This document shows, in pieces, positions 9,237-18,614 of a stretch of DNA of 64,000 bases; the first letter of the stretch is position 1; each line of letters opens with the position of its first letter. The position numbers and the translations under genes are program-made. The DNA lies in assembly GCA_963666215.2 (NCBI GenBank), contig CAXWPL010000002.1:192001-256000 (forward strand). Reading direction: 5' to 3'. Below the pieces are notes generated by a model. That model saw only the letters and a program-made list of their open reading frames with translations, ran no database searches and was not told where the DNA came from. The stretch comes from Acidobacteriota bacterium (GTDB taxonomy: Bacteria > Acidobacteriota > UBA890 > WLXD01).

Positions 9237-10479
9237 ATGCAGGAGCATCTCGAGACGATCGTCGCTGAGCTCGAACAGCAGCGTTCGCTGGCGCTCGCCG
9301 TGGTGATCGAGCGACGCGGATCGCTGCCGATGGCGACCACCGCACGAATGCTCGTCAGCGCGGATGGCTCGACGGGTGGGACAGTGGGCGGTGGGTGCCT
9401 CGAGGCGGAGATCTACGCGCGTGCGCGCCGCCTCCTCGCAGCATCAACCGGGACGAGCGCAGCGATCGATACCTTCAGCCTGACCGAAGTCGAGGAGGGG
9501 TTGCAGGGTCACGTCTGCGGCGGCACCGTGAGCATCCTTACGGAGTTGCTGGTGCCCGATGCCGCAACCACGGGCCTTTTTGCCGACCTGCGGAACCGGC
9601 TGGCGAGGGGCGAAAACGTGGCGCTGGCCACGCTGCTCCCCGGGCAGGGATATCCACGGGGCGGGCACCGGTTGTTGCTGACGCCAAAGACGAACGAGCC
9701 GGTGGCAGGTACCGCCATCGAATCACGCGCCGGATCAGGGATCGATCCAGACGGTGCGGCCTCGCGGCTGGCCGCGGCCGGGCGTCAGGCACTGGCCGAC
9801 GCCCGGCCGCGTGTCGTCGGGCTCGACTCGCGGCACCGGTAGCGGGCTGGTCGCTGCCGATAATGCGATCGCCGGCGCGCGCTACTTCGTCGAGCCGCTG
9901 TTGACGGAGCCGAGAGCGGTGATTTTCGGCGCCGGACACTGCGGGCGCGCCATTGCCCGCATTGCCGGTTTCGCTGGCTTCCGGACCGTGGTGCTCGACG
10001 ACCGGCCGGCGTTTGCCGATCCTGAGCTGGTGCCGGAGGCGGACGAGGTGGCCGTGGTCGACTTCGCCGACCTGTGCGAACTTGCCGGTCCCTCCGGTCC
10101 TTCGGGTTCTCCCGGTCCTTCCGGCTCTTACGATGATGCCGACTGCCCCAGACCTTCCAGTCTGCCGAGCGGCGGGGTTCTGGGCGGTGGGCAGCGTGAC
10201 TACCTCGTGATTGTGACCCGCGGCCACGAGCACGATCTTACGGTCCTCCGGCAGGTGCTCGCGGCGGCTGGCACCGGTGGAGCGCCTGCCTATCTGGGGA
10301 TGATCGGCAGCCGGCGGAAGCGTTTGATGTTCTTGAAGACACTGAAGGCAGAGGGGTACTGCGACGAAGATCTCGCCGCCCTGCGCTCGCCGATGGGGCT
10401 GTCGATCGGCGCTGACACGCCTGAGGAGATCGCGGTGGCGGTGGTCGGCGAGATGATTGCCGCGCGCCGAGGTGTCTGA
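9237..10479 (+). pseudogene. xdhC: XdhC/CoxI molybdo-hydroxylase maturation factor, frameshifted near 9830
   Basis: N-half has GTVGGGCLE and CGG. C-half, in a different frame, has IFGAGHCG, VLDDR, VTRGHEHD, YLGMIGSRRK and SPMGLSIGADTPEEIAVA. Confidence 0.85.
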
Positions 10480-11170
10480 CGGCGATCGCGCGGCCGCGAT
10501 CGCCGGCGTGGTCCTGGCAGCCGGTGCTTCATCGCGCATGGGGTCGCCGAAAGCCCTGCTGCGAATCGACGACGATACCTATCTGAGTCGTGTTGTCGGC
10601 ACGTTTCAACGCGCCGGCATTGCGCGGCCGCGGGTGGTGGTCGGCGCCCACGCCGCCGAGATCCGGCAACATCTGCCCACGGGTGCCGTCGAGGTGCTGA
10701 ACCCCGACTGGCGACAGGGCATGTTGAGCAGCCTGCAGGCCGGTATCCGCGATCTGATAGCCGCCGAATCGCCCGCCGACACGTTCATCGAGTCGGGGCT
10801 CGAATCGGCTGTTGAGTCGGCCAGCGAGCCGGTGGAGCCTGGCGTTTTGTCGGGCCGCCGGTGGGACGGGCTGTGCATGGCGCTGGTTGACGTGCCGAGG
10901 CTGTCGCGGCGGACCGTTGAGGCGCTTCTCGCCATGCGGGCGGGTACGCGAGCCGCTGTTGTGCTGCCGACGTACGAGGGGAGGCGAGGCCACCCCGTGC
11001 TCTTCGGTCGCGAGTTGTGGGTCGCGCTGCTCGAGGCGCGAGCCGAGGAGGGCCCGCGTGCTGTGGTGCGCGCTTATTCCGAAGAGCTGGCTGAAGTCAC
11101 GGTCGACGACCCGTGGATCTTGCGCGATGCCGACACGCCCGACGAACATCGCCGGCTGACGGGTGACTGA
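10472..11170 (+). CDS. mocA: Molybdenum cofactor cytidylyltransferase-like nucleotidyltransferase (MocA/YgfJ)
   Basis: VLAAGASSRMGSPKALL, NPDWRQGMLSSL, GHPVLF and DADTP. Overlaps the xdhC stop. Confidence 0.85.
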   Translation: MSDGDRAAAIAGVVLAAGASSRMGSPKALLRIDDDTYLSRVVGTFQRAGIARPRVVVGAHAAEIRQHLPTGAVEVLNPDWRQGMLSSLQAGIRDLIAAESPADTFIESGLESAVESASEPVEPGVLSGRRWDGLCMALVDVPRLSRRTVEALLAMRAGTRAAVVLPTYEGRRGHPVLFGRELWVALLEARAEEGPRAVVRAYSEELAEVTVDDPWILRDADTPDEHRRLTGD

Positions 11171-11230
11171 GCCCCGCCATACCCACCGCGGAGGGCGGCG
11201 GTTTTAGGTTTGCCGAATCTTCTCGGCAGC

Positions 11231-11560
11231 TCAATCCGAGGCGGGAATGTCGCCGTTGGGTGGCTCATCGCCGACCTTCGAAAGGTCAAGCTGAGCGTCG
11301 GTGGCGGCATCAGGTTCTGCTAGCTCAAAGAATTGCCGCGCGTGCGACTCGATGATGTCGTGGCTGCGCGGGTCGCCGAGGTTGAGAGCGAGCTCGTTGA
11401 TCACCTTGATCTGCATGTCGAGCCATTCCTTCCAGCAGGCGGCGCAGACGACGGCCTGTACCTCAGATTTGAGAGGCTCGCGGAATGGGATCCGCGCCTC
11501 GATGGGCGCGCGCTCGTTGCCGCAACGGCAGCAGCTCGGGGTGGGTTCTGTAGCGTCCAT
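11231..11560 (-). CDS. Fe(II)-trafficking / oxidative damage protection protein (YggX family)
   Basis: VCAACWKEWLDMQIKVINELALNL..P. Confidence 0.85.
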   Translation of the reverse strand: MDATEPTPSCCRCGNERAPIEARIPFREPLKSEVQAVVCAACWKEWLDMQIKVINELALNLGDPRSHDIIESHARQFFELAEPDAATDAQLDLSKVGDEPPNGDIPASD

Positions 11561-11704
11561 CGGGAGTCCTGATTGAGTTGGAACGTGGCGAACTGAGTTA
11601 CGGCGCCGGGAGCGTGCGGCCGGGTGCATCTCGTGGCCGACGGCCGGCCACCAAGCTTGCCTCATCCGTGCGGCTGGCGTGGGTCCACGATCTCTAGGGA
11701 GCCA

Positions 11705-13978
11705 TCAGCGGCGCTCGGCTTCTGGCTCCGAATCGGCGTAGATCGTCGTTATCGGCTCGCCGCTGCTTTGGAGCGGCGCCCGCAGGCCCAGGAGCTGGGT
11801 GATGGTTGCTGCAACATCGATGTTGCGCACACGACCGATTTCGACTCCCGACCGAATTCCGGGCCCCGCCGCGGCGAAGATGGTGTGGATGTCGGGTCGC
11901 TTGGGGTCGAAACGGTGCGCGCCCATCGGCCGGTACGAACCCGCAACCGGTCCTTCGAGATCGGCGCGCAGCTCGTACTGCGGCAACACGTCCAGATACA
12001 GATCGCCAGCGTTCGGTCCCGCCAGCTCGGGCTCCTCGGTGGCACACGCGATAGCGGTGACGATTTGCGCACCGGTTTCGGGGTCGCGTGCGGCCAGGAG
12101 CGCGCTGATCGCGGCGTCGCTGACGGCTTGGCGCTCGCTGGGCGGCACGATTCCCTGGTCGCGGTCGACACCGTTGATCAGCAGGTAGCCGCCGTTGCCG
12201 TGGTGGTAGACAACCTGCGTGCGTGTCAAATCGAGACGCCGACGGTTGCCGGCGGGTGCTGTGCCCAGCAGCCCTGCCGCCTCGAGGACGCGGTTGGGCC
12301 GGAAGGCACGGCTAACAGCCGCGTGCCCGTGGTCGCTCGTCAGGAACGTCGTGACGTCCTTTCCGGCGGCGTCACGCAGAGCGCCCAGAAAACGATCAAC
12401 CCAGATCACCACCTGCTCGAGGTGGGGCCGTACACGCTCGGCGAGGGCAGCGTCGTAGGCCGCGCTGCGTTTCGACACCACTCCCCACCAGGTGTGAACC
12501 GCTTCGTCCGGGTAGGGGAGGTAGCCGATCAGGAGGTCGTAGTCGTTCTGCGAGGCGAGGGCAACCGCGCGCGCCGTTTGGTTGGCGATCGTCAGCGCCA
12601 CGGTCTCCAGATAGCGTGCCTCGGCGGTGCCGTCGCCACCACCCGCCAAGGTCTCGCCGAAAGCACCACGCACGTATTCTCCCGAGCCGCCGTTGCCCAC
12701 AAAGCCCGGCGCAGTCTCCGAGAGCCTGCCGGCCAGATCGGCGTCGGCGGTTGTGTTGCGGGCGGATACCGGGCGGTAGCAAAGTGGGGGCTCGGTGGCC
12801 GCAGCACGCGAGCGGCCGTCACCGTGGATGTTCCAGCAACGCACGTAGACCTCGAGTGGGCCATCTTGGTCGTTGAGGGTGACGGTGGTGAATTCGGGAG
12901 GAATCGGTCCGGCTTTGCGACCCGTCTTGATGGCCGCCGGGTTGGCGGCTGCGACCGCGAGGCGTACGAGCTCGCGTCGCCCCGGATCGCCGGTGGGCAC
13001 CTGGAGCGCCAGAGCGTCGTGGCCAGTGCCGACGATCTCGGGGTCGTCAAAGCGCCACATCAGCAGATGATCAGGGCCGTTCCAATCGCCGGGGTTGCTG
13101 CCGTCGGGTCGTAGCGGCCAACGCCAGCCGTGCGGTTGCAGCTCGCCGCCGCGCACCGCGGCGGGCGCCAGCGCCGCGACCTCGGCCAGGCTCAGCGGCT
13201 CGCTGTCGAGAGGCATGGTCGATCCAGAGAGGATGCGGTAGGCATAACCGTTGACCAGGCGCTGGCGGCCAGGGTGCGGTTGATTCGCGGTGCCGCCAAA
13301 CCGGCCGCCCTCGGCGTAGATGGCCAACGGATAGGTCTGCGTGGCGTCGATCGCGACCGCCGTGGCTCCCTGGCGCGCCAACGCCGTCCAGATCGGCTCT
13401 GCTACGAGGAACTCTGCCGAGAACCCGGTGACGCCACCGGCAACCGAGCCTCTGGGCCGCGGGATCGTGTTTCCGGTAATTCCGTGTCGCGCCGGCACGG
13501 TGCCGGTCCACAGCGAGGCGAAGCTAGCCGCGGTCAGCGACGGGCGCACCGTTTCGGCATGATCGGCGACGACGCCAGTGGCTTGCATCTGCTGGAGGTT
13601 CGGCAACTTACCGGCAGCCAACATCGGCGCGATCAGGTCGCGTGGGCTGCCATCCCAGTTCACCCACAGCACGCGTCGTCGCGTCCCATTCCGGCCTGTC
13701 GTGGCTGCCGCCGCGTCGGCTTGTTGTAGGCCATCGGCGGCCGTCACTGGCGTCGCGACCGCGGCCCCTCCGGCAACACTCCCGATCGCCGGTGACCGCA
13801 CGGCCAGCCCCCATGCCAGGCCGGCGATTCCGAGCACAGCTGCCGCCGTCAGTGCGACGCAGAGCCCGGCGGCTGCGGGGCGGGCTCGATCTCGGCCCCA
13901 GACTTGCCTGGTCGTCACCCGGTCAGGCTGTGGTCGTGGCATCACGAGACCCGTGGCGGTCGAGGTCTCACGTGCCAC
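11705..13978 (-). CDS. Exported alkaline-phosphatase-superfamily nucleotide pyrophosphatase/phosphodiesterase
   Basis: N-terminal TM segment, WDG, PSLT..F.SLWTG, PDEAVH, SDHG and GAH metal motifs. Confidence 0.85.
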   Translation of the reverse strand: MARETSTATGLVMPRPQPDRVTTRQVWGRDRARPAAAGLCVALTAAAVLGIAGLAWGLAVRSPAIGSVAGGAAVATPVTAADGLQQADAAAATTGRNGTRRRVLWVNWDGSPRDLIAPMLAAGKLPNLQQMQATGVVADHAETVRPSLTAASFASLWTGTVPARHGITGNTIPRPRGSVAGGVTGFSAEFLVAEPIWTALARQGATAVAIDATQTYPLAIYAEGGRFGGTANQPHPGRQRLVNGYAYRILSGSTMPLDSEPLSLAEVAALAPAAVRGGELQPHGWRWPLRPDGSNPGDWNGPDHLLMWRFDDPEIVGTGHDALALQVPTGDPGRRELVRLAVAAANPAAIKTGRKAGPIPPEFTTVTLNDQDGPLEVYVRCWNIHGDGRSRAAATEPPLCYRPVSARNTTADADLAGRLSETAPGFVGNGGSGEYVRGAFGETLAGGGDGTAEARYLETVALTIANQTARAVALASQNDYDLLIGYLPYPDEAVHTWWGVVSKRSAAYDAALAERVRPHLEQVVIWVDRFLGALRDAAGKDVTTFLTSDHGHAAVSRAFRPNRVLEAAGLLGTAPAGNRRRLDLTRTQVVYHHGNGGYLLINGVDRDQGIVPPSERQAVSDAAISALLAARDPETGAQIVTAIACATEEPELAGPNAGDLYLDVLPQYELRADLEGPVAGSYRPMGAHRFDPKRPDIHTIFAAAGPGIRSGVEIGRVRNIDVAATITQLLGLRAPLQSSGEPITTIYADSEPEAERR

Positions 13979-15185
13979 CGGCTATGCGCACGCCGGCGCT
14001 GGCACCGAGTCGTGTGGCTCCGGCCGCGATCATCGCCGCGGCGTCCTGTCGCGAGCCGATTCCGCCGGCGGCTTTGACCCCCATGCCGCGGCCCACGGTC
14101 CGTCGCATCAGCGCCACGTGCTCGACGGTGGCGCCGCCGGGCCCGAAGCCGGTGGAGGTCTTGACGAACTCGGCGCCAGCGTTGCGGGCGTGCTCGCAGC
14201 CGCGGACGATCTCGTCGTCGGTTAGCAGAGCTGTCTCCAGAATTACCTTGACGAGTGCTCCCGGATGCGCGCTTTCCACAACCTGCCGGATGTCCCACAC
14301 CACCCAGTCCTCGCGTCCCGACTTGAGGGCGCCGACGTTGATCACCATGTCGATCTCGTCGGCGCCTTGGTCGACAGCGAGCCGTGTCTCGGCGCTCTTG
14401 ACGTCGGGCATGTTCGCGCCCAGTGGGAAACCGACCACGGTGCAGACCCTGACCGCGCTGGAGCGCAGCAGGTCGGCGGCAAGCGGCACGTAGTAGGGGT
14501 TGATGCAGACGCTGGCGAAGCCGTACTCGAGCGCCTCTTGGCAAAGTTTGGTGACCTGCGCTTCGGTGGCTTCGGGCTTGAGCAAAGTGTGATCGATGAG
14601 CGGCACGATGGCGTCGTCGAGCGGTGGCTCGCAGGTGGCGATTCCGACACGGTCGGCCCCCGCCTGAACGATGCTCTGCAGCGCACCCGGATCGATCGAG
14701 CAGCCATCGCTCCAGCACCAGCGGGCGAGCTGTTCAATCTGAGCGAGCGATAGCCCCCGCGCGAGCTTCGACGCGAGCTCCTCGGCCAACGTGTCGACGC
14801 CGTTGCGGCACGTGTCTTCGTTGGCGGTGGCGCCAGTGGAGGCGCTCGTCAGCGCGACATCGAGCTCGGCTGCGCGATCACACGCAGCTGCCGTGACGAT
14901 AGTGTCCGGAGTCACTGGCAGCGATATCGTGCCGGCGCGTGCCGCCGCTTCGACGTCCGTGACGGTGATCAGCGGTCGACCTTGGCCCGAAGCCGAAGCC
15001 GTTGTTTGCTCGTCTCTGGTGCCGCCGGCGCTGGTTGCCATCGATCCGGCGAGCTGGCCGTCCTCGATCAGCCGTTGCAGCGCTCCGCAGAGCTGCCGCC
15101 GGAGCTCGGGCTCCGAGCCGGTGACCTCGGTGGGCGATGCCGCCGGCCGATCGCTGGCTCGCGGGGGAGCGGGGTGATCGGCCAA
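13968..15185 (-). CDS. deoC: Deoxyribose-phosphate aldolase with a long N-terminal extension
   Basis: [37 protein letters not shown] and VKAAGGI. Confidence 0.95.
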   Translation of the reverse strand: MADHPAPPRASDRPAASPTEVTGSEPELRRQLCGALQRLIEDGQLAGSMATSAGGTRDEQTTASASGQGRPLITVTDVEAAARAGTISLPVTPDTIVTAAACDRAAELDVALTSASTGATANEDTCRNGVDTLAEELASKLARGLSLAQIEQLARWCWSDGCSIDPGALQSIVQAGADRVGIATCEPPLDDAIVPLIDHTLLKPEATEAQVTKLCQEALEYGFASVCINPYYVPLAADLLRSSAVRVCTVVGFPLGANMPDVKSAETRLAVDQGADEIDMVINVGALKSGREDWVVWDIRQVVESAHPGALVKVILETALLTDDEIVRGCEHARNAGAEFVKTSTGFGPGGATVEHVALMRRTVGRGMGVKAAGGIGSRQDAAAMIAAGATRLGASAGVRIAGGT

Positions 15186-15186
15186 G

Positions 15187-16863
15187 TCAATCGCCGCCGT
15201 TGGTCACTGCGTCGTTGCTGAGAACAACGAACTGCCCCGAGACGACTGCGCTGGTGCCGGCCACTTCGTCGACGATCTCGAGCCGGGCTTCGTATCGACC
15301 GGGCGGGTAGCCGCGCAGTGGCAATGCCAGCGAGAAGGCCTGTCGTTGCATGGGTGCCGGGTGAGGGTGCTGTCCGGGAATGGTCAGGAAGCGGTTGCCG
15401 TCACGCAGAATTTGCCCCCGTAAAGTGACGTTGTTGGACCCCTGAGGGTCGAGCTGCAGACCGTAGACCTGCAGGTAGAGCATCAGTGGTTGATCCGGGA
15501 AGAAAACGCTGCCAACGTTAGGCACGACGCGAAGATCGCCGTGCTGAAAGTCGTGCACCGGCTCATCGGCGCGCACAGGTACGCGCTCAACCCGACTTGC
15601 GAAGGTGAGGCTCGACAGCCGCAGGCCGTCGTCACTCAGGTCGGGTACCTCCACGCGGTTGACGGTACGGCCGATGAGTTCGGCAACATTGTCGCGCGCC
15701 AGAACAATCAGGTCGTAGCTGCCGGCGGGCGCCAAGAGTTGCAGCGGTTGCAGGATCTGGCTCGTCCCGATCTGCTGGGCCTGCTCCTGCGACAGCGTGA
15801 AGCTGATCGTCTTCTCGGTATCGACAACCGTGTCGCCTTCTCGGTCCAGCGCGACGTACAGATCGGCGGAGTAGTAGAGGCGGTCACCGATGAAATTGGG
15901 CCGCAGCACAGACTGGCTCAGGGCTACGGTTACCTGCACCGCGGTGTTGTTTCCGATGGCCTCGTAGTAGTCGACGCTGTTAGGCACCGTGAACGTGTCG
16001 AAGCGCACTTCGGTGTCGGCGCGCAGGCGTACGTCGCGCAGCCGGTCGAGGTAGATCGTGGGCACTTCGGCGATTTCCCGCATCTGCTGCTGGAAGTCGA
16101 GGAAGTCGACCGCTACGCGTGTGGGGTCGGTGTAACGGCGCGCCAGCACCCGCTCGTCGTAGATCGAGCTGGCGTGCCGGCGTAGCGCATAGACGTCGAT
16201 CGAGCTGTTGGTGTAGCCGAACTGCGGATCGGAGATCGGCGCGGCCGCGTCGAGGTCGCTGACGAGCTCGAACTCCCCGGTGCCATGGAAGTCGACGAAG
16301 CTCAGGTCAAGTGTCGGCGGCAGAAGCGGGTTGCCGACGAAGCTGTAGGTCCAAACTTCGGAGGCCCGCTCCATTCCACCGCGACCCGTGGGGTTGCGAT
16401 TCAGTTGATTCGGGGCCCCGAGGATGATGAACATGCGGCCGCGGTCGGTCGCCCAGCCGGGCTTACCGGCGCTGAATCGTTGTGTGGCGATGGCGAAACG
16501 CTCGAGATGCTCGCGTCGGTACTCGTTGGAGGGTGTGCCTGGTGTTGGGTCACGAACCTCCCAGAAGCGGTCGATGAACGCTACCCGCTGCTCGTCGGTG
16601 GGAAGCGCCTTGTAGATCGTCTTTTCTTCGTCGGTGATGATGTAGCGCACGTACTCATCGACCCATTTTTCGAGTGCCTTTTCGAACTCTTCGTCGGACG
16701 GATCCCAGCCGGCTGTTTGGACGCGTTCGGCCGTTGTTTGTTGCTCCAGCGCATGGCCACCAAGAGCCTCGAGAGGCAGCTCCCGCGCCGCGACGCTTGT
16801 CACCGAAAAAACCAACAGGCCGACGAGGACGGCCTGCGTGAGCTGGGCGAGCTGCTTGTTCAT
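15187..16863 (-). CDS. GWxTD domain-containing exported protein
   Basis: Signal peptide, YIITDEE..F..FW..RDPTPGT..NE and [16 protein letters not shown]. Confidence 0.9.
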   Translation of the reverse strand: MNKQLAQLTQAVLVGLLVFSVTSVAARELPLEALGGHALEQQTTAERVQTAGWDPSDEEFEKALEKWVDEYVRYIITDEEKTIYKALPTDEQRVAFIDRFWEVRDPTPGTPSNEYRREHLERFAIATQRFSAGKPGWATDRGRMFIILGAPNQLNRNPTGRGGMERASEVWTYSFVGNPLLPPTLDLSFVDFHGTGEFELVSDLDAAAPISDPQFGYTNSSIDVYALRRHASSIYDERVLARRYTDPTRVAVDFLDFQQQMREIAEVPTIYLDRLRDVRLRADTEVRFDTFTVPNSVDYYEAIGNNTAVQVTVALSQSVLRPNFIGDRLYYSADLYVALDREGDTVVDTEKTISFTLSQEQAQQIGTSQILQPLQLLAPAGSYDLIVLARDNVAELIGRTVNRVEVPDLSDDGLRLSSLTFASRVERVPVRADEPVHDFQHGDLRVVPNVGSVFFPDQPLMLYLQVYGLQLDPQGSNNVTLRGQILRDGNRFLTIPGQHPHPAPMQRQAFSLALPLRGYPPGRYEARLEIVDEVAGTSAVVSGQFVVLSNDAVTNGGD

Positions 16864-18461
16864 TGCTGTTGCCGGGCTGCCAGCAATCGCCGGTAGGTCG
16901 CCATCGAAGCCTCTTCGAGGCTCGTCTGACCGAGCTGTGAGTAGGCGATTGCCAAGTTCAGGTGATGGGCGGAGTTTTCGGGCTCCAGGTCGATGGCTGC
17001 ACGATAGGCGGCGGCTGCCCCCTCAGCGTCACCCATTCCGAAGAGAGTGTTCCCGAGTGCCGCGTGGGTGGCGGCGAACGACGGGTTCGACTGCAGCGAC
17101 CGTTCGAGCGGCGGCAGGGCCTCCGCGTATCTCCCGCCTCTCGACAGCATCAGTCCACGCAAGTATAGGGTTTCCCAGTCGTTAGGCGCCGCCTGCAACG
17201 CGCGCACGACCGCTTCCGCGGCGCGGTCCGTGGCTCCGGCCGAGTACCAGAGCTTGGCGGCGATGATCAGGGCGCGTGGATCGTTGGGGTATTCCTCGAG
17301 CAACCGCGACGCGGCCGCGTCGGCCCCCGGCAGATCGCGGGCCTCCAGGGCCGCGGCAACCTCGTTACGCAGCGTGTTGAAACGCTTGCCGCCGTGGTCG
17401 GCTTCGTCTGCCGCCGCCTGCAGCTCCTGGAAGCGCAACATCGTCCGCTGAGCCGACGCGCGGTCGCCAGCCCGCGCCTGTGCTTGCGCCAGGCGGTAGG
17501 TGGCGTCGAGCTGGTCGGGGTTGAGCTCGATGCTGCGCTCGAGCGCAGCGATCGCTGGCGCCAGGTCCGAGGGTTCGGCAGGGTCGGCTTGGTCCGCCCG
17601 GTCGGCGAGAATCCGACCGATGAGGTAGCTCGCGTTCGCCTCGTCCCATCCGGCCGCGGCCGCCACCTGCAGCAGCTCGAGAGCACGGTCGTGGTCGGCC
17701 GGCCGGTCGGCCAGGATGACTCCCAACGTGTAACTACTAGGCGGGTGCCGTGGCTCTCGTGCTAGCGCGCGTTCCAGCGTCGCGATCGCCGCGTCGTAGT
17801 CCTGGCCCAGGTACCGGGCAACGCCAAGCAGGTTCAACACCTCGAGATCGTCCGGCTCCCGCTCCAGGAACGCCTCGAAGGCCCGCGCCGACGCGTCGTA
17901 TTCGCGCAGCTTCATGCGGGCGCCTCCGAGCAGACGGTAAGGAAGTGGGGCGTCCGGGACGTAGGCCATCGCGCGCTCGTAGAGCTCAATCGCGGCACGA
18001 AGATCACCGGCGACCTCGCGGATCTCGCCCATGGCAACCAGAACCTGAGGGTGCTCGGGCGCAATCTGAGCGGCTTGCTGGTACGCGCGACTGGCGGCAG
18101 CGTCATCGCCCTGGCTGCGGTGCGCGTGCCCGAGCCAGAGCAAGACCTCGGCGGTGGGCGTGGTTTCCGCCAGCGCCTGCAGGATCCGCAGTGCCGCCTC
18201 GGGGCGGCCCTCTTCGAGCGCCAGCCGGGCTCGTTCGAGCGCGGCTGGGTCGGCGGCGGCGGCTTGCCAGATCGCGGGCCGTGGAGCGCGGTTTGCAGGG
18301 CTCTTGAAGGCGACCCGACCGATACTCGGTGAGAAACCCGCGACAGCACTCACGGCTAGACGGGTGTCTTCGGTCGATGCGATGGCCTCCCCGAGCACAG
18401 TCGAGGCAGTCCCGAGTGCGACGACCACAGCCAGGCTACGGGCCGTTGAAGCCAGGCTCAC
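16860..18461 (-). CDS. Exported tetratricopeptide repeat protein
   Basis: Signal peptide followed by many 34-aa TPR units. ATGA overlap with the GWxTD gene. Confidence 0.88.
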   Translation of the reverse strand: MSLASTARSLAVVVALGTASTVLGEAIASTEDTRLAVSAVAGFSPSIGRVAFKSPANRAPRPAIWQAAAADPAALERARLALEEGRPEAALRILQALAETTPTAEVLLWLGHAHRSQGDDAAASRAYQQAAQIAPEHPQVLVAMGEIREVAGDLRAAIELYERAMAYVPDAPLPYRLLGGARMKLREYDASARAFEAFLEREPDDLEVLNLLGVARYLGQDYDAAIATLERALAREPRHPPSSYTLGVILADRPADHDRALELLQVAAAAGWDEANASYLIGRILADRADQADPAEPSDLAPAIAALERSIELNPDQLDATYRLAQAQARAGDRASAQRTMLRFQELQAAADEADHGGKRFNTLRNEVAAALEARDLPGADAAASRLLEEYPNDPRALIIAAKLWYSAGATDRAAEAVVRALQAAPNDWETLYLRGLMLSRGGRYAEALPPLERSLQSNPSFAATHAALGNTLFGMGDAEGAAAAYRAAIDLEPENSAHHLNLAIAYSQLGQTSLEEASMATYRRLLAARQQQ

Positions 18462-18562
18462 GATCGACCGAGGCCAATCGTTTGTTTGCCAACGCGGTGG
18501 TTCATTTCAGCCTTGGAGCCTGTCGGCGGAGCGTGGTTTGTCGAGCTTGATCCAGAAACGGC

Positions 18563-18590
18563 AAGGGCCCTCCCGGTGAGGAGCGGCCCT
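18563..18590 (-). terminator. Hairpin downstream of the TonB receptor gene
   Basis: AGGGCC-CTCC...GGAG-C-GGCCCT stem about 25 nt after the stop. Weak U tract. Confidence 0.4.
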
Positions 18591-18614
18591 GAGTACCGGG
18601 CGGTGTCCGCGAGC

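Noticed and set aside
8546-9237. Genomic island integrated at tRNA-Leu
   Set aside because: No integrase, no duplicated tRNA 3' end and no lasting composition shift.
9237-11170. Selenium-dependent molybdenum hydroxylase system (YqeB/YqeC) linking xdhC-mocA to selD
   Set aside because: The protein looks like ordinary XdhC, there is no YqeC, it is 17 kb from selD, and selB explains selD.
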